Position numbers and translations under genes: made by a program. Shown one piece after another: positions 10,501 through 17,560 of a DNA stretch of 55,831 nucleotides. The notes under the pieces were generated by a model. That model did no database searches and had not been told where the DNA came from. It was given only the letters and a program-made list of their open reading frames with translations. How positions within the stretch are numbered: the stretch's first letter is position 1; every line of letters begins with the position of its first letter. The stretch is from a virus (lineage: Duplodnaviria > Caudoviricetes): the IMG/VR virus record IMGVR_UViG_3300027336_000040, positions 1-55,831 of that record; one strand, given 5' to 3'.

Positions 10501-13268
10501 ACTTCCGCATCCTCTCTGAAGACATCAACTTCACCAGCGTCGAAGGCCTGAAGACTCTTGGTGCGTTGATCAAGCGCAACGGCGGCATCTTCTTCCAGAA
10601 CGAGTACATCCCCGTGTTTGAGGTGGTCAACCACCTGGAGCGCGAGGGCAGAATCTCTGAAGCGTTTGACGTGCGCGGCGACCTCGAGGGCCTGTACGAG
10701 CGCCGCACTGGAGCCAAGCTCGAGAAGTACCGCAAGCAGTACGAGAAGCCGCTGATGAAGCTGGTTGAGCAGCTCGGCAAAGAGGGTGGCAACACGACTC
10801 TGGCCGAGGCGTTCCCAAGCCTTGCGGCATCGTTCAAGGACAGCCGCCTGGGCAACCTCAACGTGATCGACGCCTACCTCGGCGCACGCCACGCAGCAGA
10901 GCGGAACAAGCAGATCGCCAAGATCAACCCGAATCAGCCTGATGGCGGCTCGGGCATCTTCACGGCTGATGCCGATCTGATCCTGAACACGCTGTCGCGC
11001 CAGTCGTATGGCAACACCCTGTCTGAGATGACGCACATCCTGCAAGAGATCTCGCAACTCAAGCTCTCTGAGATGTACGACTCGGGCATGATCGGCCGCG
11101 ACGAGCTCAAGGCCCGCAGCCAGTACAAGTACTACGTCAACTTGTCCGGCATCAACGAGAACATCGACCAGTTCGACAACCCGGTGATCCTGGCTGGCGG
11201 TCCCAAGTTCGGCACCCGCAAGGACCGCCGCGCAATGGGCCGTGGCGACGCAGCTTCCGACATCTTGATCCGCACCCTCCAGTCATTCGAGGCATCGGTC
11301 ATCCACGCCGAGAAGAACAAGGTCAAGCAGAAGGTGCTGGCCATGCTCGAGATCAACTACGACCCTGACTTCGTGGTGATCAACAAGCAGGCAACCGTGC
11401 GCAAGCTCGATGAGAACGGTCAGGTCACCGAAGCGACAGATGACCGCTACATCCAGAACCGCGACGTGATGGTCGTCCATGTGAAGGGCAAGCCCATCAC
11501 GATGGAGTTCAAGCAGAAAGGCCCTGGCACTTTCGGAGAGGCCATCAACGGGATGATCTGGCCACCGGAGGCGACCAACTGGTTCCAGCGATTCTCTGGC
11601 CGAGCCAACCAGCTCATGGGTCAGATGCTGACCACTTGGAACCCGGCCTGGACAGCAGTCAACTACATCCGCGACTTGCAGAGTCTGTACTTCAACGCCG
11701 TCACCGAGGGTCGCATCACCCGTGAGATGGCCAAGGAGATGGTCAAGCTGCAACCGCAGGCCATCAAGGCGGCTTTCCACGTTGCCACCGATGGCAAGCG
11801 CGGCCACTCGGCCAGCCAGGACATGCTCGATGCCTACATCGAGATGCGTGACTCCGGCGGCGCAACCAGCTTCCTGAACCTGCGCGGCCTGGAGAACCAG
11901 GTGCAGGAGCTCGAGAAGCTGATGAACCCTGCCAAGAAGGGTTCGGCCAAAGACGTTCTCCTGAAGGCGGCTGACCTGATCGAGTCCATCAACATTCCGA
12001 TGGAAATGGCTCCGCGTATCGCCGCCTTCAAGGTCATGCGCGACAACGGTTACAGCGCCGAAGAGGCAGCACGGTTCGCTGGCGACATCACTGTGAACTT
12101 CAATATGCGCGGCAGCTCGAAGTTCATGCGCAACATGTTCCTGTTCTTCAACCCTGCCGTGCAGGGTACGAACAAGATGTACCGCCTGGCCAAGGAGAAC
12201 CCGAAGACCATGACCAAGATCGCTCTTGGCATGGCGGCAGCAGGCTTCATCACCAACATCATCGCCCGCGCTCTTGGCGGTGAGGATGATGACGGCATCG
12301 ACAAGCTCGACAAGGTGCCAGTGTTCAAGCGTGCAACCTCGATCGTGATCTGGCCTGACATGCCTGGCGCAGCGATCCCGATCCCGTACGGCTGGAACGC
12401 CTTCTACGCTGCCGGTCACTTCATGGCCGACACCCTCTGGGCTGGCTCGCAGTCTGCGTCCACCACCGCCAAGCGGATTGTTGGCGCTGCCTTCGAGTCG
12501 TTCTCGCCCTTGGGTGGCGCAATGTTGGATGCGTCGTCTACCGGCGTCGGCGCTCTCAAGACGGTGACACCGACGGTGCTCTCGCCGCTGGTGGATCTGA
12601 TCCTCAACGAGAACCGCTTCGGCGCACCCATCTCCAAGGAGGCGTCCATGTTCGGCGGCGGCAAGCGTGCCGACTCGCACATGAACTTCGACTCAGCGAG
12701 CCCGATCTCGACTGCCGCATTCCGTGGCTTGAACAAGCTGACCGGCGGCGACAAGGTCAACGCTGGCGTGATCGACATCAACTCCGGCGCGTTCGACTAC
12801 CTGGTCAGCGGCTACTTGCCAGGCCTTGCTGCGGAGACCTACAAATTCGCCTCGTGGACGGTGCGCAAGGCTCAGGGCTACGACACCAAGGACGCCGCTC
12901 TGCCGATCATCGACCGCCTGACCGCCAAGATTCCCGAGGGCTACAACTTCGGGATGCTGCGCAGGGCTGAGACGTTCATCAAGACCAAGGTGGACGACTA
13001 CGAGGTCAACCCCGGCAACCGTGAAGCGATCCTCAAGGAGTACCCGAACCTGGGCGCTGCCAAGTCGATCATCGGCGCGGTGGACTATCAGGTCGGCCAG
13101 CTCCGTCAGGCGCGCAATCAGCTCGAAGCGGCCGATATGCCTGAAGAGAAGAAGGTGGAGATGTACAACCTGAGCCGCCAGCGCGAGAAGGAGATCGTGG
13201 CCAAGGCTGTGCAGCTCGTTCTTCAGACCAATCCGCAGATGCGCAAGGTCCTGCTGGCCAACGATTGA
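4524..13268 (+). CDS. Giant internal virion polyvalent protein (two zincin-like HExxH regions, C-terminal LPD38-like domain)
   Basis: 2914 aa; LGHEVYH and LFHEVQGH motifs; C-terminal NYIRDLQ...ITVNFNMRG...FFNPAVQG...IPIPYG...NENRFGAPI resembles LPD38. Confidence 0.75.
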   Translation: MSSPLINLSDDSIFNSSSSGRGARRGIQTPQDPATKPRVNLSDDSLFYKGKEEASQDTLSDRYRAMYGYDKQEEPVQPKRGITNVLSDLGTAVFEGAKNTGRAIGATSNTITGDLADVEGYSAAQRAAAPNSPQAKRDLLDEIERRKQADPDPSVVSAVRNVGSAMLDNPEGAAQFVAEQAPNTVVSLGAGVAGAKAGALAAPFLGPLAPAGPVVGFLGGMFLGNFALETGNKAMEKARDGFTEADRSEALQEGAVKGGVITAVDAVTLGAGGKLAKTLGKPAIEAGARAEARVLADAGVDMASRASIEKALADPAIRVAAKAAGQSAAKAASTTGSKAAAAGTGLALETVGEGAGEYLGELAATGKADVYDAVLEAAAGLTQSAPETAYNLRNAAGNDLDVKGIQRSGVQATPPESRGITPPGQDQGKPLDQEVDERISSEERPPMSWMEVNETLQSEPALMALLLQDATTPEQREMVERAIARSEVGDQVQQALADPELLERTRIGLNSDVGQSFIGDLQASLPMYANEMPPSGMFKVPSPDLQRQQQLDEMTASPEYQEQLAEEAERVRVEREASQMQVRKPVAADAPQDAQSAESGVDVASMTTPDGTVVPLDDGNRSGYEAYFAGRGAEINGLTNPAVRQSAMQNVMQEMTKVGFTPEESREILNREEPSAPVTGREGTFENLSQTMSREFGEPIENFRQTKAPKYFTRIGSLFGVNIVAYNYTGKNPAVRKKAGRYIAGTNGKGTVLLNLTTADSAALFVLGHEVYHDLERRFPQQAQQLALEIKSYLSSSAQQRYKQFYEGKNQAQKTDSEIAADVMGTMFTDRKFWEQLGQRNPSLLDRVLSVLSTIIDSFRANADSSRQQIGKEIAQFEKVRDMMAEFASQGVEQTAQARGRAQPAAAPAQVSDMDEMPGKAEDDVKALDRVMKLLKDGNLPAAARTFKEAGLYAKGFGSFTEIQRMATQPAQSAPVAEPAPTKEPAVKTLDGKRVDERRRFGDFVNRDGQVVRNPNAVQVARTDETPVTDDQEGMSFVSAPSQPKKKPAPAPVEARSEPREQMRLPFGPRPNTDTPAMTRLRNRLDGIIKNASSIKFFQDTIVGLEQQIADIESRIKSLDRIEVDGKVFRARNEEDEMPGLWGIYDMNAYDRFADGFIADKPTTKQELLAARRALSEELTKVRETSIAAKAALFRRSISRMADQMMNATRSAINGGMPEADARKVFNDYYQALSFRETKAQDLAEAMPDLPAADAQSDMFDGLRVAMGFVADFRNKQSTASELNGYLEQGLRDGDFSYQDVVDAFRSFKLDIPRGVMDVSSQLAIRKTLDAHLKEAGHSTASRMEWLVSMDKVLSVKPGARSDFTAEELALHDNVFAKRGELRSRRAVTEQTVAANDPDDAFPNLLFNNYTLAEATNDKTLNKWLQGNAREAWFQDVAFALRSRPDLAGQVLNSLGDDRAPFDAWVQQKKDAIAKEATILAKAPAFAELRNMDYAQTILTSQPVTASDINAGAEDTRPDDLERLYATVANSELNDLPSVLDAVAKVRSMLMAGIDMETGEIFQSQSAAEAAAAEYIDSVYMNAMMVEPPRSNIGARFEGDIGFGMTVEQAGERDIGLPQQTFDTDESLSDLISAGLVSETDVEGLLGEQQATDEEADVEAENAGEQTDIAAERADRSPRPVNVPTSLVGTDQYRFRKGFFNGNLVPAVVSEHLNKIASRWAGAPNMVIVPNVQSLPEELREKVMAKLGSNMFAKGLYYNGDVYVFTDHAESLADAEFTLFHEVQGHFGMRAFLGADFDAYLDRLYKTNPDIRRAADQRMAEDPMGPLEAVDEVLSDMQVDGGNQGMFQAYVGKVIAGLRKIGMERVANWIASQGNFEVAYLLRGAKDAVRRGDRPSIGAPDDMRLAATRTPYELFSAKDGKTVAYARYNPVLDRWSIFTANGQDIRKGFNTAIEADFEKVVTTMRKMGRVERRLRSGVYVDNKIPSDLAKIPDFRILSEDINFTSVEGLKTLGALIKRNGGIFFQNEYIPVFEVVNHLEREGRISEAFDVRGDLEGLYERRTGAKLEKYRKQYEKPLMKLVEQLGKEGGNTTLAEAFPSLAASFKDSRLGNLNVIDAYLGARHAAERNKQIAKINPNQPDGGSGIFTADADLILNTLSRQSYGNTLSEMTHILQEISQLKLSEMYDSGMIGRDELKARSQYKYYVNLSGINENIDQFDNPVILAGGPKFGTRKDRRAMGRGDAASDILIRTLQSFEASVIHAEKNKVKQKVLAMLEINYDPDFVVINKQATVRKLDENGQVTEATDDRYIQNRDVMVVHVKGKPITMEFKQKGPGTFGEAINGMIWPPEATNWFQRFSGRANQLMGQMLTTWNPAWTAVNYIRDLQSLYFNAVTEGRITREMAKEMVKLQPQAIKAAFHVATDGKRGHSASQDMLDAYIEMRDSGGATSFLNLRGLENQVQELEKLMNPAKKGSAKDVLLKAADLIESINIPMEMAPRIAAFKVMRDNGYSAEEAARFAGDITVNFNMRGSSKFMRNMFLFFNPAVQGTNKMYRLAKENPKTMTKIALGMAAAGFITNIIARALGGEDDDGIDKLDKVPVFKRATSIVIWPDMPGAAIPIPYGWNAFYAAGHFMADTLWAGSQSASTTAKRIVGAAFESFSPLGGAMLDASSTGVGALKTVTPTVLSPLVDLILNENRFGAPISKEASMFGGGKRADSHMNFDSASPISTAAFRGLNKLTGGDKVNAGVIDINSGAFDYLVSGYLPGLAAETYKFASWTVRKAQGYDTKDAALPIIDRLTAKIPEGYNFGMLRRAETFIKTKVDDYEVNPGNREAILKEYPNLGAAKSIIGAVDYQVGQLRQARNQLEAADMPEEKKVEMYNLSRQREKEIVAKAVQLVLQTNPQMRKVLLAND

Positions 13269-13280
13269 TGGAGTGACGAC

Positions 13281-13661
13281 ATGGCATACACCAAGCCTGC
13301 GCTGCGAGAGCGCCTGAAGGACAAGATCATGGCCGGAGGCAAGGGTGGCGACCCTGGCGAATGGTCAGCCCGCAAGGCGCAGCTCCTGGCTGCCGAGTAC
13401 GAGAAGTCCGGGGGTGGCTACAAGGGCGGCAAGACCGGCTCCCAGCAGTCCCTGACCAAGTGGACCGGCGAGAAGTGGCGCACCAGCGACGGCAAGCCCA
13501 GCGAGGGCAAGAAGCGCTACCTGCCAGACGCCGCATGGAAGTCGCTCAGCTCGTCCGAGAAGGCGGCGACCAACCGGGCCAAGGCCGAGGGCAACGCGAA
13601 GGGCAGGCAGTTCGTCAAGCAGCCTGAAGGCGTGGCCAAGAAGGCTGCCAAGCACCGCTGA
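13281..13661 (+). CDS. Small Lys-rich protein, DUF5872-like
   Basis: YTKPALRERLKDKIMAGGKGGDPGEWSARKAQLLAAEYEKSGGGY...SLTKWTGEKWRT...RYLP signature. Confidence 0.75.
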   Translation: MAYTKPALRERLKDKIMAGGKGGDPGEWSARKAQLLAAEYEKSGGGYKGGKTGSQQSLTKWTGEKWRTSDGKPSEGKKRYLPDAAWKSLSSSEKAATNRAKAEGNAKGRQFVKQPEGVAKKAAKHR

Positions 13662-13739
13662 CTGTGTCATTTTCAGACAGTTGCAGTGCGTATCTGGGCG
13701 TACAAGGAGAGCGGCCTTCGTACGGTAGGTTGTTGATTC

Positions 13740-13780
13740 CACTACACCCGGCTACACACTGCTACCTGCCTGCACACCCC
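13740..13780 (+). repeat. Short CTACAC-like direct repeats; candidate integrase arm-type sites
   Basis: cactacacccggctacacactgctacctgcctgcacacc immediately upstream of the att core. Confidence 0.45.
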
Positions 13781-13789
13781 CGAGACCGG

Positions 13790-13834
13790 CTGTTAATCCG
13801 CAGGTCCCTGGTTCGAGCCCAGGTCGGGGAGCCA
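13790..13834 (+). mobile_element. attP: attP core: 3' half of a host tRNA-Asn(GTT)
   Basis: CTGTTAATCCGCAGGTCCCTGGTTCGAGCCCAGGTCGGGGAGCCA = anticodon loop, T-arm, acceptor 3' strand and CCA with no 5' half; 80 bp from the integrase stop. Confidence 0.9.
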
Positions 13835-13874
13835 AGAAAACGCGGGTCTTGTTGAGAGTGCCCGCTAACCCGAG

Positions 13875-13911
13875 AAGGCCACTGTGCTGAAAACGTACAG
13901 TGGCCTTTTCC
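13875..13911. terminator. Probable bidirectional intrinsic terminator between attP and int
   Basis: AAGGCCACTGT-N11-ACAGTGGCCTTTT inverted repeat. Confidence 0.6.
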
Positions 13912-13914
13912 CTT

Positions 13915-15006
13915 TCACGCCACCGCCTCGAGGAAGGGTTTGGCCAACCCCATTCCAAGATTCGGCTGCGCGGCACCCGCAACCAGCATCTGCTCGATCA
14001 CGAACGCATGCTGCGCCAGGTGCGACACGTTCAGATGGGCGTACCGCTGCACCATCTCCACCGACTTCCACCCACCCAGCTCCTGCAACCGATCCAGGCT
14101 CACCCCGGACTGACGCAGCCACGACGCCCAGGTGTGCCGCAGGTCATGCCAGCGCAAATCCTCGAGCTTCGCTTCGGTGAGCGCCTTCTTCCACATTCCA
14201 GGCGGGATGTCGCTGATCAAGCCACCATCGGGCCGAGGAAAGACGAGCTCGCGGTGCTTGCCCATCTGCCCCTTCACCACCGCCTGCGCGGTCGGTGACA
14301 GCGGGATGGCGAACGGCAGGCCGTTCTTCATCACTTGCTGCGGGAACGTCGCCACCGTGAGACCGCCCTGCACCGAGAGGTTGCCCCAGCGCAGACCGAA
14401 CACGTTGGCGCGGCGCAGACCCGTGGTCACCGCAAACCTCGACGCCGAACCGTAAGGCTCGGGCAAGGCTGCGGCCAGCCGCTCGTACTCGGGAGGGGTC
14501 AAGAACCTCATGCGCCAGTCGCCCTCTTCCAGCAGGACAAACTTCGGTGACTGAGGAATCCAGAGCCACTCCCTTGCCGCCGCCAACATCACCGAGCGCA
14601 AGAACGCAATGTGCCGGTTGACGGTGGCAGGCTGGACCACGCCGTCGCCCCGCAGCTTGGGGCGCCCTACCTCCTCGTCCCGGATGTCGGCGACCACATC
14701 GGGCGTCACCTCGTCCAGGTACTTCACGCCAGCCTCGGCGAACTCGCGCAACCAGAACGCGTGATACCGCTCGTCGTCCCGGATGCTGCGCTTGTGCGCG
14801 TGCTCGGCCAGCCACTTCTTTGCCGCCTCCTCCCAGGTGCGGCGCACTGCCTTCTTCAAGACTCGCTCACTCCAGGCCTCGTGCTTCAGCCTGTCGTGCA
14901 GCTCCTGGGCGGCTTGCTCATCCTCGGTCCTGCATGAGTTGCGGTACAGCTTCCCGCGCACAGAGAACGAGTACCACCACACTTTCCCACGGCGATGAAT
15001 CGACAT
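13915..15006 (-). CDS. int: Tyrosine integrase
   Basis: N-terminal arm-binding segment (RGKVWWYSFSVRGK), TGLRR, HDLRHTWASW, LGGW...RYAH; GGAGA RBS before ATG 15006. Confidence 0.95.
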   Translation of the reverse strand: MSIHRRGKVWWYSFSVRGKLYRNSCRTEDEQAAQELHDRLKHEAWSERVLKKAVRRTWEEAAKKWLAEHAHKRSIRDDERYHAFWLREFAEAGVKYLDEVTPDVVADIRDEEVGRPKLRGDGVVQPATVNRHIAFLRSVMLAAAREWLWIPQSPKFVLLEEGDWRMRFLTPPEYERLAAALPEPYGSASRFAVTTGLRRANVFGLRWGNLSVQGGLTVATFPQQVMKNGLPFAIPLSPTAQAVVKGQMGKHRELVFPRPDGGLISDIPPGMWKKALTEAKLEDLRWHDLRHTWASWLRQSGVSLDRLQELGGWKSVEMVQRYAHLNVSHLAQHAFVIEQMLVAGAAQPNLGMGLAKPFLEAVA

Positions 15007-15106
15007 GACTTCTCCGATCCGCCGAAGGCCGCGTTGCAAGAATACAACGGCCTGCGGATTCCTGTAAAGCTGTGTGTTGCTGTGGGTGGCTTGGCGAGAA
15101 AAAGGT

Positions 15107-15212
15107 GGGGGTACTCACGTCCTGCCGGTCGACTGGAGGGGTGGCCACTTAGCTCCTAGTTACGACGGAGCTCCCTCACTTGACCGGTGCTAGCGTCGGA
15201 CGCTTTCCCCCC
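15107..15212 (-). ncRNA. Candidate structured RNA (five nested helices, loop-E motif) upstream of int
   Basis: GGGGG-GAAA-GCGTCC..CCGGTC..GAGGG-AGCTCC..GGAGCT..CCCTC..GACCGG..GGACGT-GAGTA-CCCCC, followed by a U-run. Confidence 0.6.
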
Positions 15213-15216
15213 GTAG

Positions 15217-15501
15217 TCAGCACAGCCCGGCTTCGTGCCGACGCTGCTGGAGCAGGTAGCCCTCGAGCTCCCACACCTTCTCGAGCGCATTATCCCAGGC
15301 CACCTTCTCGCCAACGGTCTTGTTGAACTCGAGCGGGTCGATGCAGGCGCTGGTGCCCACGACCGTGAACCCGTTCTTGAGCGTGAGCTGGCAGACCGTG
15401 GTGGTCGTATCGCCCAGTCGCCAGTAGTCGGTGCGCAGCACGGCCTCGAGGATGTTGCCCATCGACAGCTTGTTGGGTAGTTTCTCCTGATGATCTTTCA
15501 T
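15217..15501 (-). CDS. Phage Gp49/Sf6 gp66-family protein
   Basis: TTVCQLTLKNGFTVVGTSACIDPLEFNKTVGEKVAWDNALEKVWELEGYLL signature. Confidence 0.85.
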   Translation of the reverse strand: MKDHQEKLPNKLSMGNILEAVLRTDYWRLGDTTTTVCQLTLKNGFTVVGTSACIDPLEFNKTVGEKVAWDNALEKVWELEGYLLQQRRHEAGLC

Positions 15502-15511
15502 GTGTTTCCTT

Positions 15512-15709
15512 TCACTTGATCGAATCGAACGCGGACATCAACTGCGTGACGGTCGCGCCGGGTTTCTTGAGTAGCTTCGAGGCGTGGTCGCGCTGACGCA
15601 TCCAGTCTCTTGTTGCTTGAACGGAGCCGTTCTGAACGCGAAGCGGCACCTTGTTGATCTGCTCTTCCAGCTTGCGGCGAAAGAGCTCGCGTTGTGTCTT
15701 GTCGTCCAT
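15512..15709 (-). CDS. Hypothetical protein
   Basis: MDDKTQRELF... tightly packed in operon. Confidence 0.6.
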   Translation of the reverse strand: MDDKTQRELFRRKLEEQINKVPLRVQNGSVQATRDWMRQRDHASKLLKKPGATVTQLMSAFDSIK

Positions 15710-15710
15710 G

Positions 15711-15851
15711 TCAGCACCCGAATCCAATACAGAAGAGTTCCTTGGCGGTACGGGCCATGAGCCCCAGGAACACAAAGAACATCACCCACATGGCGACCAC
15801 CAGGAAGATCGTCGTCAGCCACTCGAACGGTGTGTGGAAACTGCGCTTCAT
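15711..15851 (-). CDS. Small membrane protein (46 aa, absent from ORF track)
   Basis: MKRSFHTPFEWLTTIFLVVAMWVMFFVFLGLMARTAKELFCIGFGC; ATG overlaps the upstream TGA and fills the gap exactly. Confidence 0.6.
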   Translation of the reverse strand: MKRSFHTPFEWLTTIFLVVAMWVMFFVFLGLMARTAKELFCIGFGC

Positions 15852-16087
15852 CACACCATCCTTTCCAGGTCATAGAGCTTGCGCCGTCCTCCCACCACAG
15901 CCTCTGAGAACTTGGCGGATTCACGCGCAGCGTTATCACCGATCTGTGTGCGCCACTGCTGGTAGAGCGTCATGCGCCGGGTGGGCGAGGACATCGAGGA
16001 CGCCTCACGCACCCGTGCAATCAGACGCAGGCGCGACTCACGCAGCTCCTGCGCCCAGCGCTGCTCCTGCTCCATCGAGAAGCTCAT
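15851..16087 (-). CDS. Hypothetical protein
   Basis: Overlapping start/stop with neighbours. Confidence 0.6.
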   Translation of the reverse strand: MSFSMEQEQRWAQELRESRLRLIARVREASSMSSPTRRMTLYQQWRTQIGDNAARESAKFSEAVVGGRRKLYDLERMV

Positions 16088-16536
16088 ACGAACCCCGTCA
16101 GGTTGGGAGCACTCCAGCCCTCGGGCTTGCCGATCTTCCCGCCGGGAAGGATCACGGGCTTGCCGTCGACCAGCTTGGCGTCGTTGCTTGCCAGCACTGC
16201 CTCGTCTGCGCCTTCCTTGTCGAAGTCAGCCAGGTAGGCGATGCCGTTGCCGGTCACCTCACGGTCGCACAGAGCGTCGAGTGCTTCGATACGCCTGTCG
16301 GCCGGGATGCGAGCCATGATCACACCCTTCTTGAGCAGGGTGCCGATGCGCTCCAGGTCCTCGGAGAGGGCCTCGAGCTGCTCCTGATCAAACTCTGAGT
16401 CGAGCTCGACGTTGGTCAGGAACTCGGCGTACTCCTCCATGTCGCAGCCGATCTGAACCGACAGGTTCGCCACCGTCTGGCCCTTGCCGCAGGCTTGCAG
16501 CCACACGGCCGTGCGCTGGAAGTTCGAGTGCGGCAT
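16084..16536 (-). CDS. MazG-like / all-alpha NTP pyrophosphohydrolase
   Basis: EEYAE...DALCDREVTGNG...VLASNDAK...GKIGKPEGW motifs of PRA-PH/MazG-like phage enzymes. Confidence 0.8.
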   Translation of the reverse strand: MPHSNFQRTAVWLQACGKGQTVANLSVQIGCDMEEYAEFLTNVELDSEFDQEQLEALSEDLERIGTLLKKGVIMARIPADRRIEALDALCDREVTGNGIAYLADFDKEGADEAVLASNDAKLVDGKPVILPGGKIGKPEGWSAPNLTGFV

Positions 16537-16736
16537 CAGTCCGTGCCCCCGACCTCGGTGGAGGCAGCGCCAGCGCCCTGCTCCTGCGCCTGCTGGACAG
16601 CGAGCTGCTGCTCAGCCTGGTTCTTGACCTTGAACCAGGTGTCTGCGACCTGCTCGAAGGGCAGCTTGGCCAGCGCTTGCAGGATGCTCTGAGTCTCGTT
16701 GACGGACAGGGAGAGGTTGATTTGGTTGGTGCTCAT
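16536..16736 (-). CDS. Hypothetical protein
   Basis: MSTNQINLSLSVNETQSILQALAKLPFEQV, a common small phage ORF type. Confidence 0.65.
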   Translation of the reverse strand: MSTNQINLSLSVNETQSILQALAKLPFEQVADTWFKVKNQAEQQLAVQQAQEQGAGAASTEVGGTD

Positions 16737-17086
16737 TGCGTTTCTTTCTTCAGTTTCCAAAGGGTCTTGGGCGACCCGTGACAGGTCGCGCTCTTCTGCT
16801 TGCTGTAGCCGGCCGCAACGATGTGGCCATCGCGTGCCACCTTCTTTGCGACGTAGCCCCATGCTCGGTTGTCAGGCGGCGCATCGAATCCGAGCTTGCC
16901 TGCCCATACCCTGACGTCCTCAGTCATGAAGCCGTCCGGGTGTTGAATGGCGTAGAGGATGAACAGTTCCTCGGCGTAGTGCGTCCAGTCCATCGACTCG
17001 CTGTCAGCGTGCGATGCGGCGACCATCATCCCGGCGTCAGCGCCGAGCTCAGCCAGCCTCTCGTTCAGTACGGGGTATGCGTTCAT
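16733..17086 (-). CDS. Hypothetical protein (winged-helix-like)
   Basis: FMTEDVR...PPDNRAWG...W pattern; operon packing. Confidence 0.6.
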   Translation of the reverse strand: MNAYPVLNERLAELGADAGMMVAASHADSESMDWTHYAEELFILYAIQHPDGFMTEDVRVWAGKLGFDAPPDNRAWGYVAKKVARDGHIVAAGYSKQKSATCHGSPKTLWKLKKETQ

Positions 17087-17397
17087 GCCTTGCCCCTCTC
17101 GAACAAAACGGACATGCCGCAGTAGACGATCGAGCCAAGGACCTCGAGCTCAAAAGCATCGCCATTGCGCGTGGATGCCGCCTCTTCCAGCTTCTTTGCC
17201 GCCTGGCCAGTCAGGAACCCACGGCCATGCAGCTTCGAGTAGTGAACCCAGGGCTGATCAAGGAACGGCGTGACGTTGCCGCCATGACGCTCACCCTTGC
17301 CGTACATCGCCTGCTGAATCGCCGCGACGAACACCGGGAACAGCGGGTGGTTCTGCACGTCCAGCGGGACGGGTACTGAATCAGGCCGCTGCTGCAT
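17083..17397 (-). CDS. Conserved phage hypothetical protein
   Basis: QAMYGKGERHG...FLDQPW...GFLTGQAAKK; start uncertain. Confidence 0.6.
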   Translation of the reverse strand: MQQRPDSVPVPLDVQNHPLFPVFVAAIQQAMYGKGERHGGNVTPFLDQPWVHYSKLHGRGFLTGQAAKKLEEAASTRNGDAFELEVLGSIVYCGMSVLFERGKA

Positions 17398-17560
17398 CTG
17401 GCGCTCCGTACTGACTGCGCAAGAACTCGTCGAGGTCTTCCTTGCGAAAGCGCCACTGACGACCGACCTTGCCGGATGGGATACGCCTGTCACGCGCCAG
17501 CTTGCGCAGCGAGAACACGCTCAGACCGAGGTACTCGGCAGCTTCAAAAATCGACATCAT
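17381..17560 (-). CDS. xis: Excisionase-like HTH DNA-binding protein (HTH_17)
   Basis: MSIFEAAEYLGLSVFSLRKLARDRRIPSGKVGRQWRFRKEDLDEFL. Confidence 0.8.
   Translation of the reverse strand: MMSIFEAAEYLGLSVFSLRKLARDRRIPSGKVGRQWRFRKEDLDEFLRSQYGAPDAAAA

Noticed and set aside
4557-12781. Long antisense ORFs (e.g. 5814-7652, 9579-11057, 11283-12680; also 39896-41221 and 54750-55661)
   Set aside because: Shadow frames of high-GC3 genes: in register with the sense codons, no RBS or motifs.
13790-13834. Possible seventh tRNA gene
   Set aside because: Only the 3' half is present, with no D-arm or 5' acceptor strand; it is the attP core.
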